DNA of 32,000 bases from an uncultured Clostridia bacterium (lineage in GTDB: Bacteria > Bacillota > Clostridia > TANB77 > CAG-508). Positions 1 through 9,780 of the stretch are shown one piece after another; positions within the stretch are counted from its first letter, which is position 1; the number at the start of each line of letters is the position of its first letter. Location of the stretch: positions 1 through 32,000 of the forward strand of contig CANQKT010000032.1 in the NCBI GenBank assembly GCA_947624525.1. The letters are read 5' to 3'. Under the pieces are notes generated by a model, which made no database searches, was not told where the DNA came from, and saw only the letters and a program-made list of their open reading frames with translations. Position numbers and translations under genes: made by a program.

Positions 1-2
1 AA

Positions 3-45
3 AAGGCTGTAAGTCTTAATTATCAAGACTTATAAGCCTTTTTTT
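3..45. terminator. Bidirectional rho-independent terminator hairpin downstream of the 108..593 gene
   Basis: Imperfect stem of about 12 bp (ggctgtaagtctt / aagacttataagcc). It is flanked by an A-run at 1-4 and T7 at 39-45. Confidence 0.55.
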
Positions 46-107
46 ATTCATTAACTGTCAAAGATGAGATTATAATAACCTATATATAGCACTAAAATAG
101 TACAAAA

Positions 108-593
108 TCAAGTCTTTTTATCATAAATAACTTCTAATTTTGGGTATATTATATAATAAATTGGAATCTCACACTCAATATTCTCTACTTCAGTATCATC
201 ATAAAACACTACCAGCAATTTATCAGTATTGTGCATAAACTCAATTTTACTATTCAGAAACTTAACCATTCCTTTTTGATTTTCCTTATCTGCAACAAGA
301 ATATTGCACTTCCAATTTTCTGTAGTATAAAAAGTTATAATAGATGGATTACTACCAGGGCAATATCTTTTTGCTACTGGTTTAAATACACATAGTATAT
401 CTAATGCAATCAACATTTTCTCATTTAGAGTTCTTGTATTATGTACGAAAATATCTCCTCTCTTACTTACCATATTGCTATTCAGAATTTGTTTAAAAGA
501 GCTTTTCTTATCATCAAACAATATTTGTAAATGTTCTAATTTGGCACATCCAAAGTCCTGCAGAAAATTAATTACTTTTACATTATCCACCAT
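108..593 (-). CDS. Hypothetical protein, 161 aa, function not recognised
   Basis: Intact ORF with a strong SD: AGGAGG (plus-strand cctcct, 603-608), 9 nt upstream of the ATG at 593. No motif I can name. Confidence 0.6.
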   Translation of the reverse strand: MVDNVKVINFLQDFGCAKLEHLQILFDDKKSSFKQILNSNMVSKRGDIFVHNTRTLNEKMLIALDILCVFKPVAKRYCPGSNPSIITFYTTENWKCNILVADKENQKGMVKFLNSKIEFMHNTDKLLVVFYDDTEVENIECEIPIYYIIYPKLEVIYDKKT

Positions 594-634
594 AAACTTG
601 ACCTCCTAATTTAAAAATTTTTTTCTATTTAGAT

Positions 635-663
635 TTGACAAAATTATGATTGTATGTTATTAT
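635..663 (+). promoter_or_regulatory. Sigma-A-type promoter (TTGACA-17-TATTAT) driving a short plus-strand transcript
   Basis: TTGACA at 635-640, 17-nt spacer, TATTAT at 658-663. It is divergent from the 108..593 gene. Confidence 0.45.
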
Positions 664-669
664 TTAGTT

Positions 670-748
670 ACAAAAAAATGTGTTCGAATTATCGCTAAGA
701 TTCACATTAAAGTCGTATGTGTATATTGCAACTACACATACTTTTTTT
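670..748 (+). ncRNA. Candidate small RNA of about 80 nt with its own terminator
   Basis: Lies downstream of the 635-663 promoter. Ends in a 9-bp hairpin (gtatgtgta 715-723 / tacacatac 733-741) followed by T7 (742-748). Nt 691-704 (atcgctaagattca) are complementary to the start-codon region of the minus-strand small ORF at 929-942. Confidence 0.35.
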
Positions 749-756
749 ATGCTCAT

Positions 757-787
757 AAAAACAGAGCAGGTTGCAACTCCTACTCTG
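757..787 (-). terminator. Rho-independent terminator of the small-ORF transcript
   Basis: The minus strand reads CAGAGTAGG-agttgcaa-CCTGCTCTG followed by TTTTT. It lies 19 nt after the small-ORF stop. Confidence 0.5.
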
Positions 788-805
788 CCGACTTTTATGT
801 ATTGC

Positions 806-943
806 TTACAGTAAGTCTTTGTTCTTTTGTTCTTCATTGACTTGATTGTTTTGTTCTTCTATTTGTTGTTGCAAAATAAAATTTTGCTGTTTTTCCATTA
901 TTAGTCTATCAACCAAGTTTAGAATCACATCGCTAAGATTCAT
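806..943 (-). CDS. Small ORF, 45 aa (MNLSDVILNLVDRLIMEKQQNFILQQQIEEQNNQVNEEQKNKDLL)
   Basis: Not in the ORF track because it is under 60 aa. ATG at 943 is preceded by GGAAAGGAGG with about 8-nt spacing. It has its own terminator. Confidence 0.4.
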   Translation of the reverse strand: MNLSDVILNLVDRLIMEKQQNFILQQQIEEQNNQVNEEQKNKDLL

Positions 944-965
944 ACCACAAGCCTCCTTTCCACTT

Positions 966-999
966 AAAAAATCGCATTGAATTTCTATTCAACACGATT
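966..999 (-). terminator. Weak terminator hairpin after yoeB
   Basis: Stem aatcgcattgaa / ttcaacacgatt (5+5 bp with a 2-nt internal mismatch), followed by T5 on the minus strand. Confidence 0.3.
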
Positions 1000-1008
1000 T
1001 TAATTTTA

Positions 1009-1272
1009 TTATTTATCTCTATAATGTGAACCACATTGAGCAATTATAATTTGATTATTTTCTATCTTGTAGACAATTCTGTTTTTATCATCAATTCTTC
1101 TACTCCAATAGCCAGATAAATTTCCTGATAAAGGCTCCGGTTTTCCTAATCCTTCATATCCATTTCTGTCTATATCCTTTAGTATCAGGTTTATTTTTTT
1201 AAGAGTTTTCTTATCTTGTGTCTGCCAGTATAAGTAATCCTCCCAAGCATCATCCTGCCAAGCCTTATTCAT
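1009..1272 (-). CDS. yoeB: YoeB/Txe-family type II toxin (mRNA interferase)
   Basis: 87 aa. Family-typical WEDYLYW, GKPEPL, GYWSRRID..NRIVY and a C-terminal HY. The start overlaps the antitoxin stop by 8 nt. Confidence 0.88.
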   Translation of the reverse strand: MNKAWQDDAWEDYLYWQTQDKKTLKKINLILKDIDRNGYEGLGKPEPLSGNLSGYWSRRIDDKNRIVYKIENNQIIIAQCGSHYRDK

Positions 1273-1528
1273 CTTCCACCTCTATTAAGTCATGTACTGT
1301 CGTTTTTCCTTTTTCAATATCTTTAACAGCTTTTTCTAATCTTTCCATATTGGCAGCACTATAAAAAGGATCTGCTGTTATTTCAAAAGGGATTTTTTGT
1401 TCTTTTACTGCCTTTTTTACAAAAATATTAAATGCTGTTGTCATTGTCATTCCTATATCTGAGCAGAATTTTTCAAATTGTTTTTTTAATTCTTCATCTA
1501 TTCTAATACTAATATTGGTTTGTGCCAT
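1265..1528 (-). CDS. RelB/DinJ-family (ribbon-helix-helix) antitoxin
   Basis: N-terminal ISIRIDEELKKQFEKFC..G RHH signature. ATG at 1528 has a GAGGAG SD 8 nt upstream. The track start at 1537 is a GTG that overlaps the 3' end of the SD. Confidence 0.82.
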   Translation of the reverse strand: MAQTNISIRIDEELKKQFEKFCSDIGMTMTTAFNIFVKKAVKEQKIPFEITADPFYSAANMERLEKAVKDIEKGKTTVHDLIEVEDE

Positions 1529-1562
1529 TTTTATCACTCCTCACTTTATATTATTATATATA

Positions 1563-1592
1563 ATTATAGCATTTTTGTTAATACTTTGTCAA
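1563..1592 (-). promoter_or_regulatory. Promoter of the TA operon (TTGACA-18-TGcTATAAT)
   Basis: The minus strand reads TTGACA (1592-1587), an 18-nt spacer, then an extended -10 TGcTATAAT (TATAAT at 1568-1563). Confidence 0.5.
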
Positions 1593-1801
1593 TATATTTC
1601 ATTACATTGTAATAATATTATTATATATATTACTATTTTGATATTTGTTCACATCAAATCTTTTTATTGTAAATATTATATAAGCAAACTTCCTTTCATA
1701 AATTAAATATACAGTGAATATTATATTTTTTTACAAATACTTTTAAGGTACTATAAGCTATAACCATTATTATTAGTCGGTGCGTGAAGTTCAGGCTTTT
1801 T

Positions 1802-3325
1802 TTAATTATCTTCTAATTCTATTTCTTCAAGCCCTTTTACTGTTGGCTCAGTTATGATATTCCCCATGTAATCATACCTAGATCCATGACATGGGCAATC
1901 CCAAGTTTTTTCCAAATTATTCCAAGATACTAAACACCCTAAATGTCCGCAATATGGTTTTACTGCAAAAATTTTTCCATCTTCCCTTTTATATACTCCT
2001 ATTTTTTCACCATCTATTTCAACTATTCCTCCATCACCTAATGGTATTTTTTCATACACATCTTTTGCTGGTTTTATTTTATTAATTAATAATGAATATG
2101 TGCTTTCCTTAAGCATGTTTCCAAATTCCTTGATATTTTTTATTGGTTTTAATCTTGTTGCTCTGTAAATTTCAGCATATTCATTTTTATTTCCAATAAT
2201 TAAATCTAAAATAATTTTTCCTGCCACATGTGCAGTACTCATGCCCCATTTTTTGAATCCTGTTGCAACATACATATTTGGTAATAAATTTGAAAATTCA
2301 CCTATATATGGAATTTTATCTAATGTTATACAATCTTCAGTTGACCATTTAAATTTTACTTCTGCATCTGGATAATAATTTTTTATATAATTTTCTAAAT
2401 TAATAAAACTGTCTTCTATTTTTCCATCTGCTTGACCAGTTCTGTGCCCTGATCCAGCGATTATGAGTAAATTTTTTCCATTATATTTTGCAGTTCTAAA
2501 AGATATCACAGGATTGCATGACTGAATATACATTCCATCAATTAATTTTTCATTTTTATCATTTGTATCAACTGCTATTGCATATGATTTGTCTTGATAC
2601 ATTTTACTAAAATACATTCCGGGAAAGTTTTTTATCGGATAATGTATAGCAATAACTACTTTTTTTGCAATTACCCTACCGTCTTCTGTACTGATTTTAT
2701 ACAAATTATTAATATATTCTATATTTTCTACTTTACTATTTTCATATACTTTAACACCTAATTTTGACGCTCTGTCAAATAATTCTATTGTGTATTTTCT
2801 TGAATTAAATTGTGCTTGATTTTTAAATTTAATTGCACCTAAAACTTTTTCAACTGGTATATTGATGTCTTCAACAAATTCTGCATCAAAACCTATTTCT
2901 TTTAATGCTTCTATTTCTTGTTTGATTTTATTTAATTCATTTTCTTCTGTAGCAAATACATATGCATCCTTTTTTTCATAATCACATTCTATTTTTTCAT
3001 CATTTATTATTTTTTCTGCTAATTTTAAACCTTCTTCATTAGATTCTAAATATTTTTTTTCAAAATCTTTTCCATATTCATTTTTTAAATAATTATAAAA
3101 TAAACCATGTTGACTTGTTAATTTTGCTGTTGAATTTGCTGTTACTCCCATACATATTTTATTTTTTTCTATGACAATTACATCTATTCCATTTTTTGCT
3201 AATAGGTATGCAGTAACTGCACCTACTATTCCTCCACCAATTATGCATACCTCTGTTTTTTCTTCCTTATTTAATTGTGGGTACTTGGTTTGGTATGAAT
3301 CTGCAATCCATAATGATTTTTCCAT
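1802..3325 (-). CDS. FAD-dependent oxidoreductase with C-terminal Rieske [2Fe-2S] domain
   Basis: N-terminal dinucleotide fold IIGGGIVGAVTAY. C-terminal Rieske ligand motifs CGHLGC and CPCHGS. Confidence 0.85.
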   Translation of the reverse strand: MEKSLWIADSYQTKYPQLNKEEKTEVCIIGGGIVGAVTAYLLAKNGIDVIVIEKNKICMGVTANSTAKLTSQHGLFYNYLKNEYGKDFEKKYLESNEEGLKLAEKIINDEKIECDYEKKDAYVFATEENELNKIKQEIEALKEIGFDAEFVEDINIPVEKVLGAIKFKNQAQFNSRKYTIELFDRASKLGVKVYENSKVENIEYINNLYKISTEDGRVIAKKVVIAIHYPIKNFPGMYFSKMYQDKSYAIAVDTNDKNEKLIDGMYIQSCNPVISFRTAKYNGKNLLIIAGSGHRTGQADGKIEDSFINLENYIKNYYPDAEVKFKWSTEDCITLDKIPYIGEFSNLLPNMYVATGFKKWGMSTAHVAGKIILDLIIGNKNEYAEIYRATRLKPIKNIKEFGNMLKESTYSLLINKIKPAKDVYEKIPLGDGGIVEIDGEKIGVYKREDGKIFAVKPYCGHLGCLVSWNNLEKTWDCPCHGSRYDYMGNIITEPTVKGLEEIELEDN

Positions 3326-3376
3326 ATTTTCTCTTGTATAATGTTTTTTTCATTATACTTTCCTTTCATCATATTT

Positions 3377-4534
3377 TTATTTTCTGCTTAATTGCACACT
3401 AACAGTTCTTTCCCTATTGTTTCTTAACACTGTTAATGTAACTGTATCTCCTATATTTTTTGAATATATATACTCTCGTAAATCACACATTTTTTCTAAA
3501 TTATTATCATCAATTTTAGTAATAATATCACCTATTTGTAATCCACTTGTAAATGCAGGTGAATCCATTGATATTTGTGCAACATATATTCCTGTATCAA
3601 AATCTATATTTGAATCTAAATATGGTATTACTTCCCTGTCATAAGCAAAAATTCCTATACTAGCTTCTTCAAAGGTTCCATCATTTTCTAATTTTTGAAT
3701 TATAGGCTTTATAACATTTATCGGAACAGCAAAACCTATCCCCTCAGCAGATGTAATTTTTACAGTATTTATTCCAATTATTTCTCCATTATTATTTATT
3801 AATGGACCTCCACTATTTCCCGGATTTATTGTAGCATCAGTTTGAATTAAATTGGACATATAAACTTCACGCTCATTTTCTTGATTATTTAATCCTTCAG
3901 AGGTTTGTTCATTTTCTTTGAATATAATTGTTCTATTTAATGCACTTATAATTCCAGATGTAACTGTTCTTTGAAATTCGAATCCAATTGGATTACCTAT
4001 TGCATACACACTTTCCCCAACCTTTATCGAATCCGAATCTCCTAAACTGGCATAACTAACACATTTCATATTTATTTTTATAATAGCAAGATCTAAATTT
4101 GAATCTGACCATATTACATTAGCATTATAATTTTTTCCATCTTCACTTGTTACATAACAAGTACTGTTCTTCGCCCCAGAAACATGCTCATTTGTCAGAA
4201 TATATCCCTTTTCAGAAATTATAACTCCACTACCAATTCCCATTTGTGATACACCATCTTCTGTAAATATTGCACTACCATTATCTTTTAATTTTGATAT
4301 TCCAACAACACTTTCCGTAGCATTTTGCAACATTTGTGTTATCGTTACATCTTCCTGTTTTTTTACTTCAACAGTTTGAGATAAACGTTCAACTTTAACT
4401 GTGGTATGATCATTTATTGGAATTTCTTTATATATTTGGTATAATTTAATTCCTGCTAAAATTAGAAATATGATTATTAGACATGTAATTATTATTTTTT
4501 TAATTCTTCTTCTACGTTGAGAATAAATATACAA
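3377..4534 (-). CDS. htrA: HtrA/DegP-family serine protease with N-terminal membrane anchor and C-terminal PDZ
   Basis: Catalytic triad contexts TNEHV, DLAIIK and GNSGGPL. Hydrophobic N-terminus. TTG start at 4534 with AGGAGG upstream; the exact start is uncertain. Confidence 0.85.
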   Translation of the reverse strand: MYIYSQRRRRIKKIIITCLIIIFLILAGIKLYQIYKEIPINDHTTVKVERLSQTVEVKKQEDVTITQMLQNATESVVGISKLKDNGSAIFTEDGVSQMGIGSGVIISEKGYILTNEHVSGAKNSTCYVTSEDGKNYNANVIWSDSNLDLAIIKINMKCVSYASLGDSDSIKVGESVYAIGNPIGFEFQRTVTSGIISALNRTIIFKENEQTSEGLNNQENEREVYMSNLIQTDATINPGNSGGPLINNNGEIIGINTVKITSAEGIGFAVPINVIKPIIQKLENDGTFEEASIGIFAYDREVIPYLDSNIDFDTGIYVAQISMDSPAFTSGLQIGDIITKIDDNNLEKMCDLREYIYSKNIGDTVTLTVLRNNRERTVSVQLSRK

Positions 4535-4719
4535 ATTTTAATTTCCTCCTTTATTAATACCTAATTACATTTTTTACAAATTTATAAAAATTATACAATT
4601 CTACAAAATAATTAATTTATTTCTCTCGGCAACATATTATGATGGTTAAGTTATGGAAATTTTAAGCAACTGAACTGTAATCATAAAATTCAACTAATTT
4701 ACAAAATTCTGTTTCAGTA

Positions 4720-4748
4720 TTGTACAACACCAATTTTAATGATATAAT
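4720..4748 (+). promoter_or_regulatory. Promoter of the helicase-loader operon (TTGTAC-17-TGaTATAAT)
   Basis: TTGTAC at 4720-4725, 17-nt spacer, extended -10 with TATAAT at 4743-4748. GGAGGGAG SD lies before the ATG at 4778. Confidence 0.5.
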
Positions 4749-4777
4749 TTGACCAAATTTGCAATGGAGGGAGTAAT

Positions 4778-5776
4778 ATGAAATTAGAACAAAACGATGC
4801 ACCATTTATATTTTCATCAACATCACTACCTGATGTATTCTTCACAGAATATCTATCATTTGCTGATGGAAACTACATAAAAATATATTTGTATATGTTA
4901 TTTTTAGCCAAATATGGAAAAGACATTAAAGTAAATGATTTAGCAAAAAAATTACAACTTCCATTAAAAACAATACAAGATGGAATAAAATTTTGGGAAG
5001 AGCAACAAATTATCACGAAGAAAAATGCAGGATATATTTTAAACAACTTGCAGGAAATTGAATTGCATAAATTATACAATCCTAAAATTACTTCTTCTCC
5101 TGAAGAGTTGGAAAAAACAGCTAAAAACCAGTACCGTTCAAAGGCAATAGAAAATATAAATAATGAATTTTTCCAAGGTATAATGTCACCTTCATGGTAT
5201 AGTGATATTGATTTGTGGTTTAAAAAATATTCTTTTGATGAAGAAGTGATGATTGCTTTATTTAGATATTGTTTTAATCGTTCTGCTTTGCATAGAAACT
5301 ATATTCAAACTGTTGCAGAGGCATGGTCACAAAATAATATAAAAACTTTTAATGATTTGGAATTGTATTCTGAAAAACAAGAAAAAATTAAATCTTTAGG
5401 TAATACAATTTCTAAAAAGTTAAATTTAAATAGACAATTATCACAATATGAGGAAGGTTATGTTTCAAGATGGAATTTGGAATATGGTTTTAATTTTGAT
5501 ATTATCGAAATTGCCTTAAAGAAAACTACTTCTAAATCAAATATTAGTTTTGATTATTTAGATAAGATTTTAACAGATTGGCATGATAGAAAATTAAAAA
5601 CTCCTTCTGAGGTAAATGCTTATTTAATTGAAGCTAAAAATAAAAGTAAAAATATTAAAAATTTAGAAAAACAAACAGGCTATACTAATTATGAGCAAAG
5701 GGAACGTTCTGATTGGGATAATTTTTATATTAATACAAAAGGTAATTATAATTTAGATACTAATATTAATCTATAA
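4778..5776 (+). CDS. DnaD/DnaB(Bsu)-family replication initiation / helicase-loading protein
   Basis: 332 aa. Two DnaB_2/DDBH2-like repeats (WFKKYSF..VMIALFRYC..YIQTVAEAW and FDIIEIALKK..FDYLDKILTDW). Paired with a DnaI-like gene, as in the B. subtilis dnaB-dnaI operon. Confidence 0.72.
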   Translation: MKLEQNDAPFIFSSTSLPDVFFTEYLSFADGNYIKIYLYMLFLAKYGKDIKVNDLAKKLQLPLKTIQDGIKFWEEQQIITKKNAGYILNNLQEIELHKLYNPKITSSPEELEKTAKNQYRSKAIENINNEFFQGIMSPSWYSDIDLWFKKYSFDEEVMIALFRYCFNRSALHRNYIQTVAEAWSQNNIKTFNDLELYSEKQEKIKSLGNTISKKLNLNRQLSQYEEGYVSRWNLEYGFNFDIIEIALKKTTSKSNISFDYLDKILTDWHDRKLKTPSEVNAYLIEAKNKSKNIKNLEKQTGYTNYEQRERSDWDNFYINTKGNYNLDTNINL

Positions 5777-5827
5777 TTTTTTAATAATATATAAAACTCT
5801 AATTAAATAAGTTGGGATGTGAATAAA

Positions 5828-6829
5828 ATGAATTCAGCCATATTGTCAGAACTTTTAAAGACGTATGAACAAAAGAGATTGACAGCCGAAAAGGATTTAG
5901 AAATTCGAAAAAATAAATTGTATATGGATAATCCTAGATTACAAGAAATTGATGATGAATTATCTAAACTAGGAATTTCAACAGCTAAAGCTTTAATTAT
6001 GTCTAATTCTAAAGAGTTATTAAATGAATTAAATATTAAAGTAAATATATTAAAAAATGAAAAATTAAATATTTTAAAAAATTTAAATTTGCCAATAGAT
6101 TATTTGACACCAAATTATCATTGTAAATTATGTAATGATACTGGTTATATACAAGATGAATATAAGTCTACAATGTGTAATTGTTTGAAACAAAAGTTTT
6201 ATAATATTGAATATAATAAGTCAAATATTGCGAATTTGGAAATTCAAAATTTTGATAATTTTTCTTTAGATAAATATTCAGATAAAATAGATAAAGAAAA
6301 ATATTGTTCTGAAATATCTCCAAGGGAAAATATAAATTTGATTAAAAATATTTGTTTAAATTTTATTGAAAATTTTGATGATCCAAAGGAAAAAAACTTA
6401 TTATTTACTGGAAATACTGGATTAGGAAAAACCTTCCTTTCAAGTTGCATTGCTAAAGAAATTATACAAAGAGATAAGACTGTTCTATACCAGACAGCTC
6501 CAATAATGTTAGATACTATAATTGATTATAAATTTAATAAAAATAATTCTTCTGATGAAACCTATAAAAATTTATTTGATGTAGATTTATTAATAATTGA
6601 TGATTTAGGAACTGAGGCTTTAAATAATGTAAAATTTACTGAATTATTTAATATAATTAATACTCGTTTATTAAATCAAAATGATAGATGTTTAAAGACA
6701 ATTATTTCTACAAATTTGAGTTTGCCAATTTTAAATAAAACATATGGAGAGCGAATTATTTCAAGATTGATTGGTGATTATAATATTTGCAGGTTTTTTG
6801 GAGAAGATATTCGATTTTTAAATAGATAG
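5828..6829 (+). CDS. dnaI: DnaI/DnaC-like AAA+ helicase loader
   Basis: Zn-finger-like CKLCNDTGY..CNC, Walker A GNTGLGKTFL, Walker B LLIIDDLG. ATG at 5828 is preferred over the GTG at 5819 given by the track. Confidence 0.78.
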   Translation: MNSAILSELLKTYEQKRLTAEKDLEIRKNKLYMDNPRLQEIDDELSKLGISTAKALIMSNSKELLNELNIKVNILKNEKLNILKNLNLPIDYLTPNYHCKLCNDTGYIQDEYKSTMCNCLKQKFYNIEYNKSNIANLEIQNFDNFSLDKYSDKIDKEKYCSEISPRENINLIKNICLNFIENFDDPKEKNLLFTGNTGLGKTFLSSCIAKEIIQRDKTVLYQTAPIMLDTIIDYKFNKNNSSDETYKNLFDVDLLIIDDLGTEALNNVKFTELFNIINTRLLNQNDRCLKTIISTNLSLPILNKTYGERIISRLIGDYNICRFFGEDIRFLNR

Positions 6830-6868
6830 ATTATTTATTTTTATTATTTATTTTTATTATTTATTTTT
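6830..6868. repeat. A/T-only minisatellite, 3 perfect copies of the 13-bp unit ATTATTTATTTTT
   Basis: Direct reading. It is followed by degenerate T-rich units up to about 6920. Confidence 0.85.
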
Positions 6869-6924
6869 TTATTAATTTTTTTATTAATTTAATTTGTTTA
6901 ATTTTTTATTAATATTATAAATGA

Positions 6925-6963
6925 AAAAAAATCCAATTTATTATAATAAATTGGATTTTTTTA
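6925..6963. terminator. Bidirectional terminator between the convergent dnaI-like gene and gyrA
   Basis: 12-bp stem atccaatttatt / aataaattggat, flanked by A8 and T7. Confidence 0.7.
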
Positions 6964-7053
6964 TTATTGTTTTTTGTTTTATATAAGAACCTATTATTTT
7001 ATGAAATATATTTATTGATTTATTATTTTATAATTCTTATTTAATGTTTGTTT

Positions 7054-9513
7054 TTATACTTCTTTTTTTTCTTCATTATTATCTCCGTCTTCAGGTGATA
7101 TAATTTCTATACTTACAACCTTTCCTCCGTCATTTGTTCTCATTAATGTAACTCCTTGTGTTGATCTTCCTAATACACTTATTTCTGAAACTTTTAATCT
7201 TATAATAGTACCTTTATCTGTAATCATCATTACATCTTCATTTCCATTAGCAATTCTTATTCCAACTATATTTCCTGTTTTAGGAGTTATTTTATAAGTA
7301 ATTACTCCTTTTCCTCCTCTATTTTGTACCCTATATTCTTCAAGTTCAGTTCTTTTTCCAAAACCATTTTCAGTAATTGCAAGTAATGTAGCATTATTGC
7401 TACCAATAATTGATTCCATACCTATTACAAAATCATCTTTGTCTAATCTTATACCTAATACACCTTGAGCAGTTCTTCCTACAGGACGTACATCTTTTTC
7501 ATCAAATGTTATGCACATACCTTTGCTAGTAACTAATACTACATTATCTTCACCATCAGTTAATCTAACATCTATTAGCTCATCATCTTCTTTTAATGTT
7601 ATCGCTAACAAACCTGTTTTTTTATTAGAGCTATATTCATTTAATGATGTTTTCTTGATTAATCCATTACGTGTAGCCATTAACAAGTATTTTCCTTCTG
7701 CAAAATTTTGTAATGGTATTACTGCAGATATTTTTTCACCATTGTCAAGACTTAATAAATTAACAATAGCTGTTCCTTTAGCAGTTCTTCCAGCCTCTGG
7801 AATTTCATATCCTCTTAATTTGTACAATTTTCCTTTATTACTAAAGAATAAAATCGTATCATGAGTAGATGCTGTAAATATTTGTTTTACAAAATCTTCT
7901 TCTCTTGTAGCAATTCCTGTAATTCCCTTTCCACCTCTTCTTTGGCTTTTATAAGTGTCAATTGGCATCCTTTTTATATAACCAAAATGTGTTAATGCTA
8001 CAACAGTTTGTTCTTCTTTTATTAAATCCTCTACATTAAATTCGCCTTCTGCAGCAACAATTTTAGTTTTTCTTTCATCTCCATATTTTTGCTTTATTTC
8101 TAACAATTCTTCTTTAATGATGTCAAAAACTAATCTCTCACTATTCAAAATTTCTCTTAAATGTGCAATTAATTTCATAAGTTCATTATATTCTTCTTCA
8201 ATTTTTTCACGTTGTAATCCTGATAATGTTTTTAATCTCATATCTAATATTGCTTGAGCTTGTATATCTGAAAGACCAAATCTCTCCATTAATCTTTCTT
8301 TTGGATCATCATATGATGAACGTATAATATTTATTACTTCATCAATATTATCCAATGCTATTTTTAATCCTTCTAATATATGTGCTCTTGCTAATGCTTT
8401 ATCAAGTTCAAATTGTGTTCTACGTAATATTACATCTTTTCTATGATCAATATAATGATTTAAACATTGTCTTAATGTTAATATTTTAGGTTCCCCATCA
8501 ACTAATGCTAGCATTATAATTCCAAAAGTATCTTGCATTTGAGTAAATTTATATAACTGATTTAATACAACTTGAGCATTTGCATCTCTCTTTAACTCTA
8601 TTACAATTCTTACTCTATCTATTCTGTCTGACTCATCTCTTAAATCAGAAATTCCTTCAATCCTTTTTTCTCTAACCAATGCTGCGATATTTTCAACTAA
8701 TTTTGCTTTATTTACTTGATATGGAAGAGAATTTACAATTATTCTTTGTTTATTATTATTCATCTCTTCAATTTCTGCTTCTGCTCTAACTGTGATTTTT
8801 CCTCTTCCTGTGGTATATGCTTGCTTTATTCCTTCCCTACCTAAAATCACTCCTTCAGTTGGGAAATCTGGTCCTTTAATTATTTTCATTAAATCTTCAT
8901 CTGATACATCATCGTCATCAATTATTTTTATTATACCATTTATTACCTCTGTAATGTTATGTGGTGGTATATTAGTTGCCATTCCAACAGCTATTCCAGA
9001 TGAACCATTTATCAATAAAGTAGGAATTTTTGATGGCAAAACTTTTGGTTCTTGCAATCTATCATCATAGTTTGGCATAAAATCAACTGTATTTTTTTCA
9101 ATATCAGTCAACATTAATTCAGCAATCTTAGCCATCCTAGCTTCTGTGTACCTCATTGCAGCTGCACCATCACCATCTATAGAGCCAAAATTTCCATGCC
9201 CATCTATCAAGGGATATCTTAAAGAAAAATCTTGAGCCATTCTAACCATAGCATCATAAACTGAAGAATCGCCATGAGGATGATAACGACCTAAAACAGA
9301 ACCTACTGTATTAGCACATTTCCTGTAAGGCTTGTCTGATGTTATACCATCTTCATACATAGCGTATAAAATTCTTCTATGTACAGGTTTCAAACCATCT
9401 CTAACATCAGGTAAAGCACGAGATACAATAACACTCATTGCATAATCAATATATGATGTTTTCATCTCTGACTCAATATCTCTTTGTATAATTTTTCCGT
9501 CATTTGAATCCAT
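7054..9513 (-). CDS. gyrA: DNA gyrase subunit A
   Basis: 819 aa. Motifs [17 protein letters not shown] and the active-site AAAMRYTE, plus C-terminal beta-pinwheel repeats. Confidence 0.97.
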   Translation of the reverse strand: MDSNDGKIIQRDIESEMKTSYIDYAMSVIVSRALPDVRDGLKPVHRRILYAMYEDGITSDKPYRKCANTVGSVLGRYHPHGDSSVYDAMVRMAQDFSLRYPLIDGHGNFGSIDGDGAAAMRYTEARMAKIAELMLTDIEKNTVDFMPNYDDRLQEPKVLPSKIPTLLINGSSGIAVGMATNIPPHNITEVINGIIKIIDDDDVSDEDLMKIIKGPDFPTEGVILGREGIKQAYTTGRGKITVRAEAEIEEMNNNKQRIIVNSLPYQVNKAKLVENIAALVREKRIEGISDLRDESDRIDRVRIVIELKRDANAQVVLNQLYKFTQMQDTFGIIMLALVDGEPKILTLRQCLNHYIDHRKDVILRRTQFELDKALARAHILEGLKIALDNIDEVINIIRSSYDDPKERLMERFGLSDIQAQAILDMRLKTLSGLQREKIEEEYNELMKLIAHLREILNSERLVFDIIKEELLEIKQKYGDERKTKIVAAEGEFNVEDLIKEEQTVVALTHFGYIKRMPIDTYKSQRRGGKGITGIATREEDFVKQIFTASTHDTILFFSNKGKLYKLRGYEIPEAGRTAKGTAIVNLLSLDNGEKISAVIPLQNFAEGKYLLMATRNGLIKKTSLNEYSSNKKTGLLAITLKEDDELIDVRLTDGEDNVVLVTSKGMCITFDEKDVRPVGRTAQGVLGIRLDKDDFVIGMESIIGSNNATLLAITENGFGKRTELEEYRVQNRGGKGVITYKITPKTGNIVGIRIANGNEDVMMITDKGTIIRLKVSEISVLGRSTQGVTLMRTNDGGKVVSIEIISPEDGDNNEEKKEV

Positions 9514-9600
9514 TTTTTTACCTCTTTTCTAGTGTATATCACTGTTTGTATTATACTAAATTTAAAAAAAATATGCAATAAAAAAATTCAAATTTTATTT

Positions 9601-9774
9601 TAAATATACTACATCTTAAAGTCACTCTATAAAAGAAATAATTTTTCTTGAAAAAAGTGGATTATGGATGGTAGGATTTTCATAAAATTATATTAATGTA
9701 TCAAATGAAACAATTTAATAAATTAGATTAAAATAAATAATTTTATAGAGTAACTTTAAGATGTAGTATATTTA
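9601..9774. repeat. 34-bp inverted repeat (1 mismatch) enclosing a 106-bp loop
   Basis: Arm 9601-9634 is taaatatactacatcttaaagtCactctataaaa. The reverse complement of 9741-9774 is identical except at position 9623. Confidence 0.92.
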
Positions 9775-9780
9775 TCTTTT

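Noticed and set aside
646-840. 64-aa plus-strand ORF
   Set aside because: Its ATG lies inside the spacer of the predicted promoter, upstream of the likely TSS. It reads through two terminator hairpins and has no SD.
7511-9070. Antisense shadow ORFs inside gyrA, plus similar ORFs at 1515, 1891, 3417, 4873, 6244, 12741, 16942, 17061, 19030, 24707, 24910, 25670, 28064, 29647 and 31327
   Set aside because: Almost all lie within or overlap the opposite strand of well-supported genes; 1515..1706 mostly covers the TA promoter region. They have low-complexity or hydrophobic composition and lack SD sequences.
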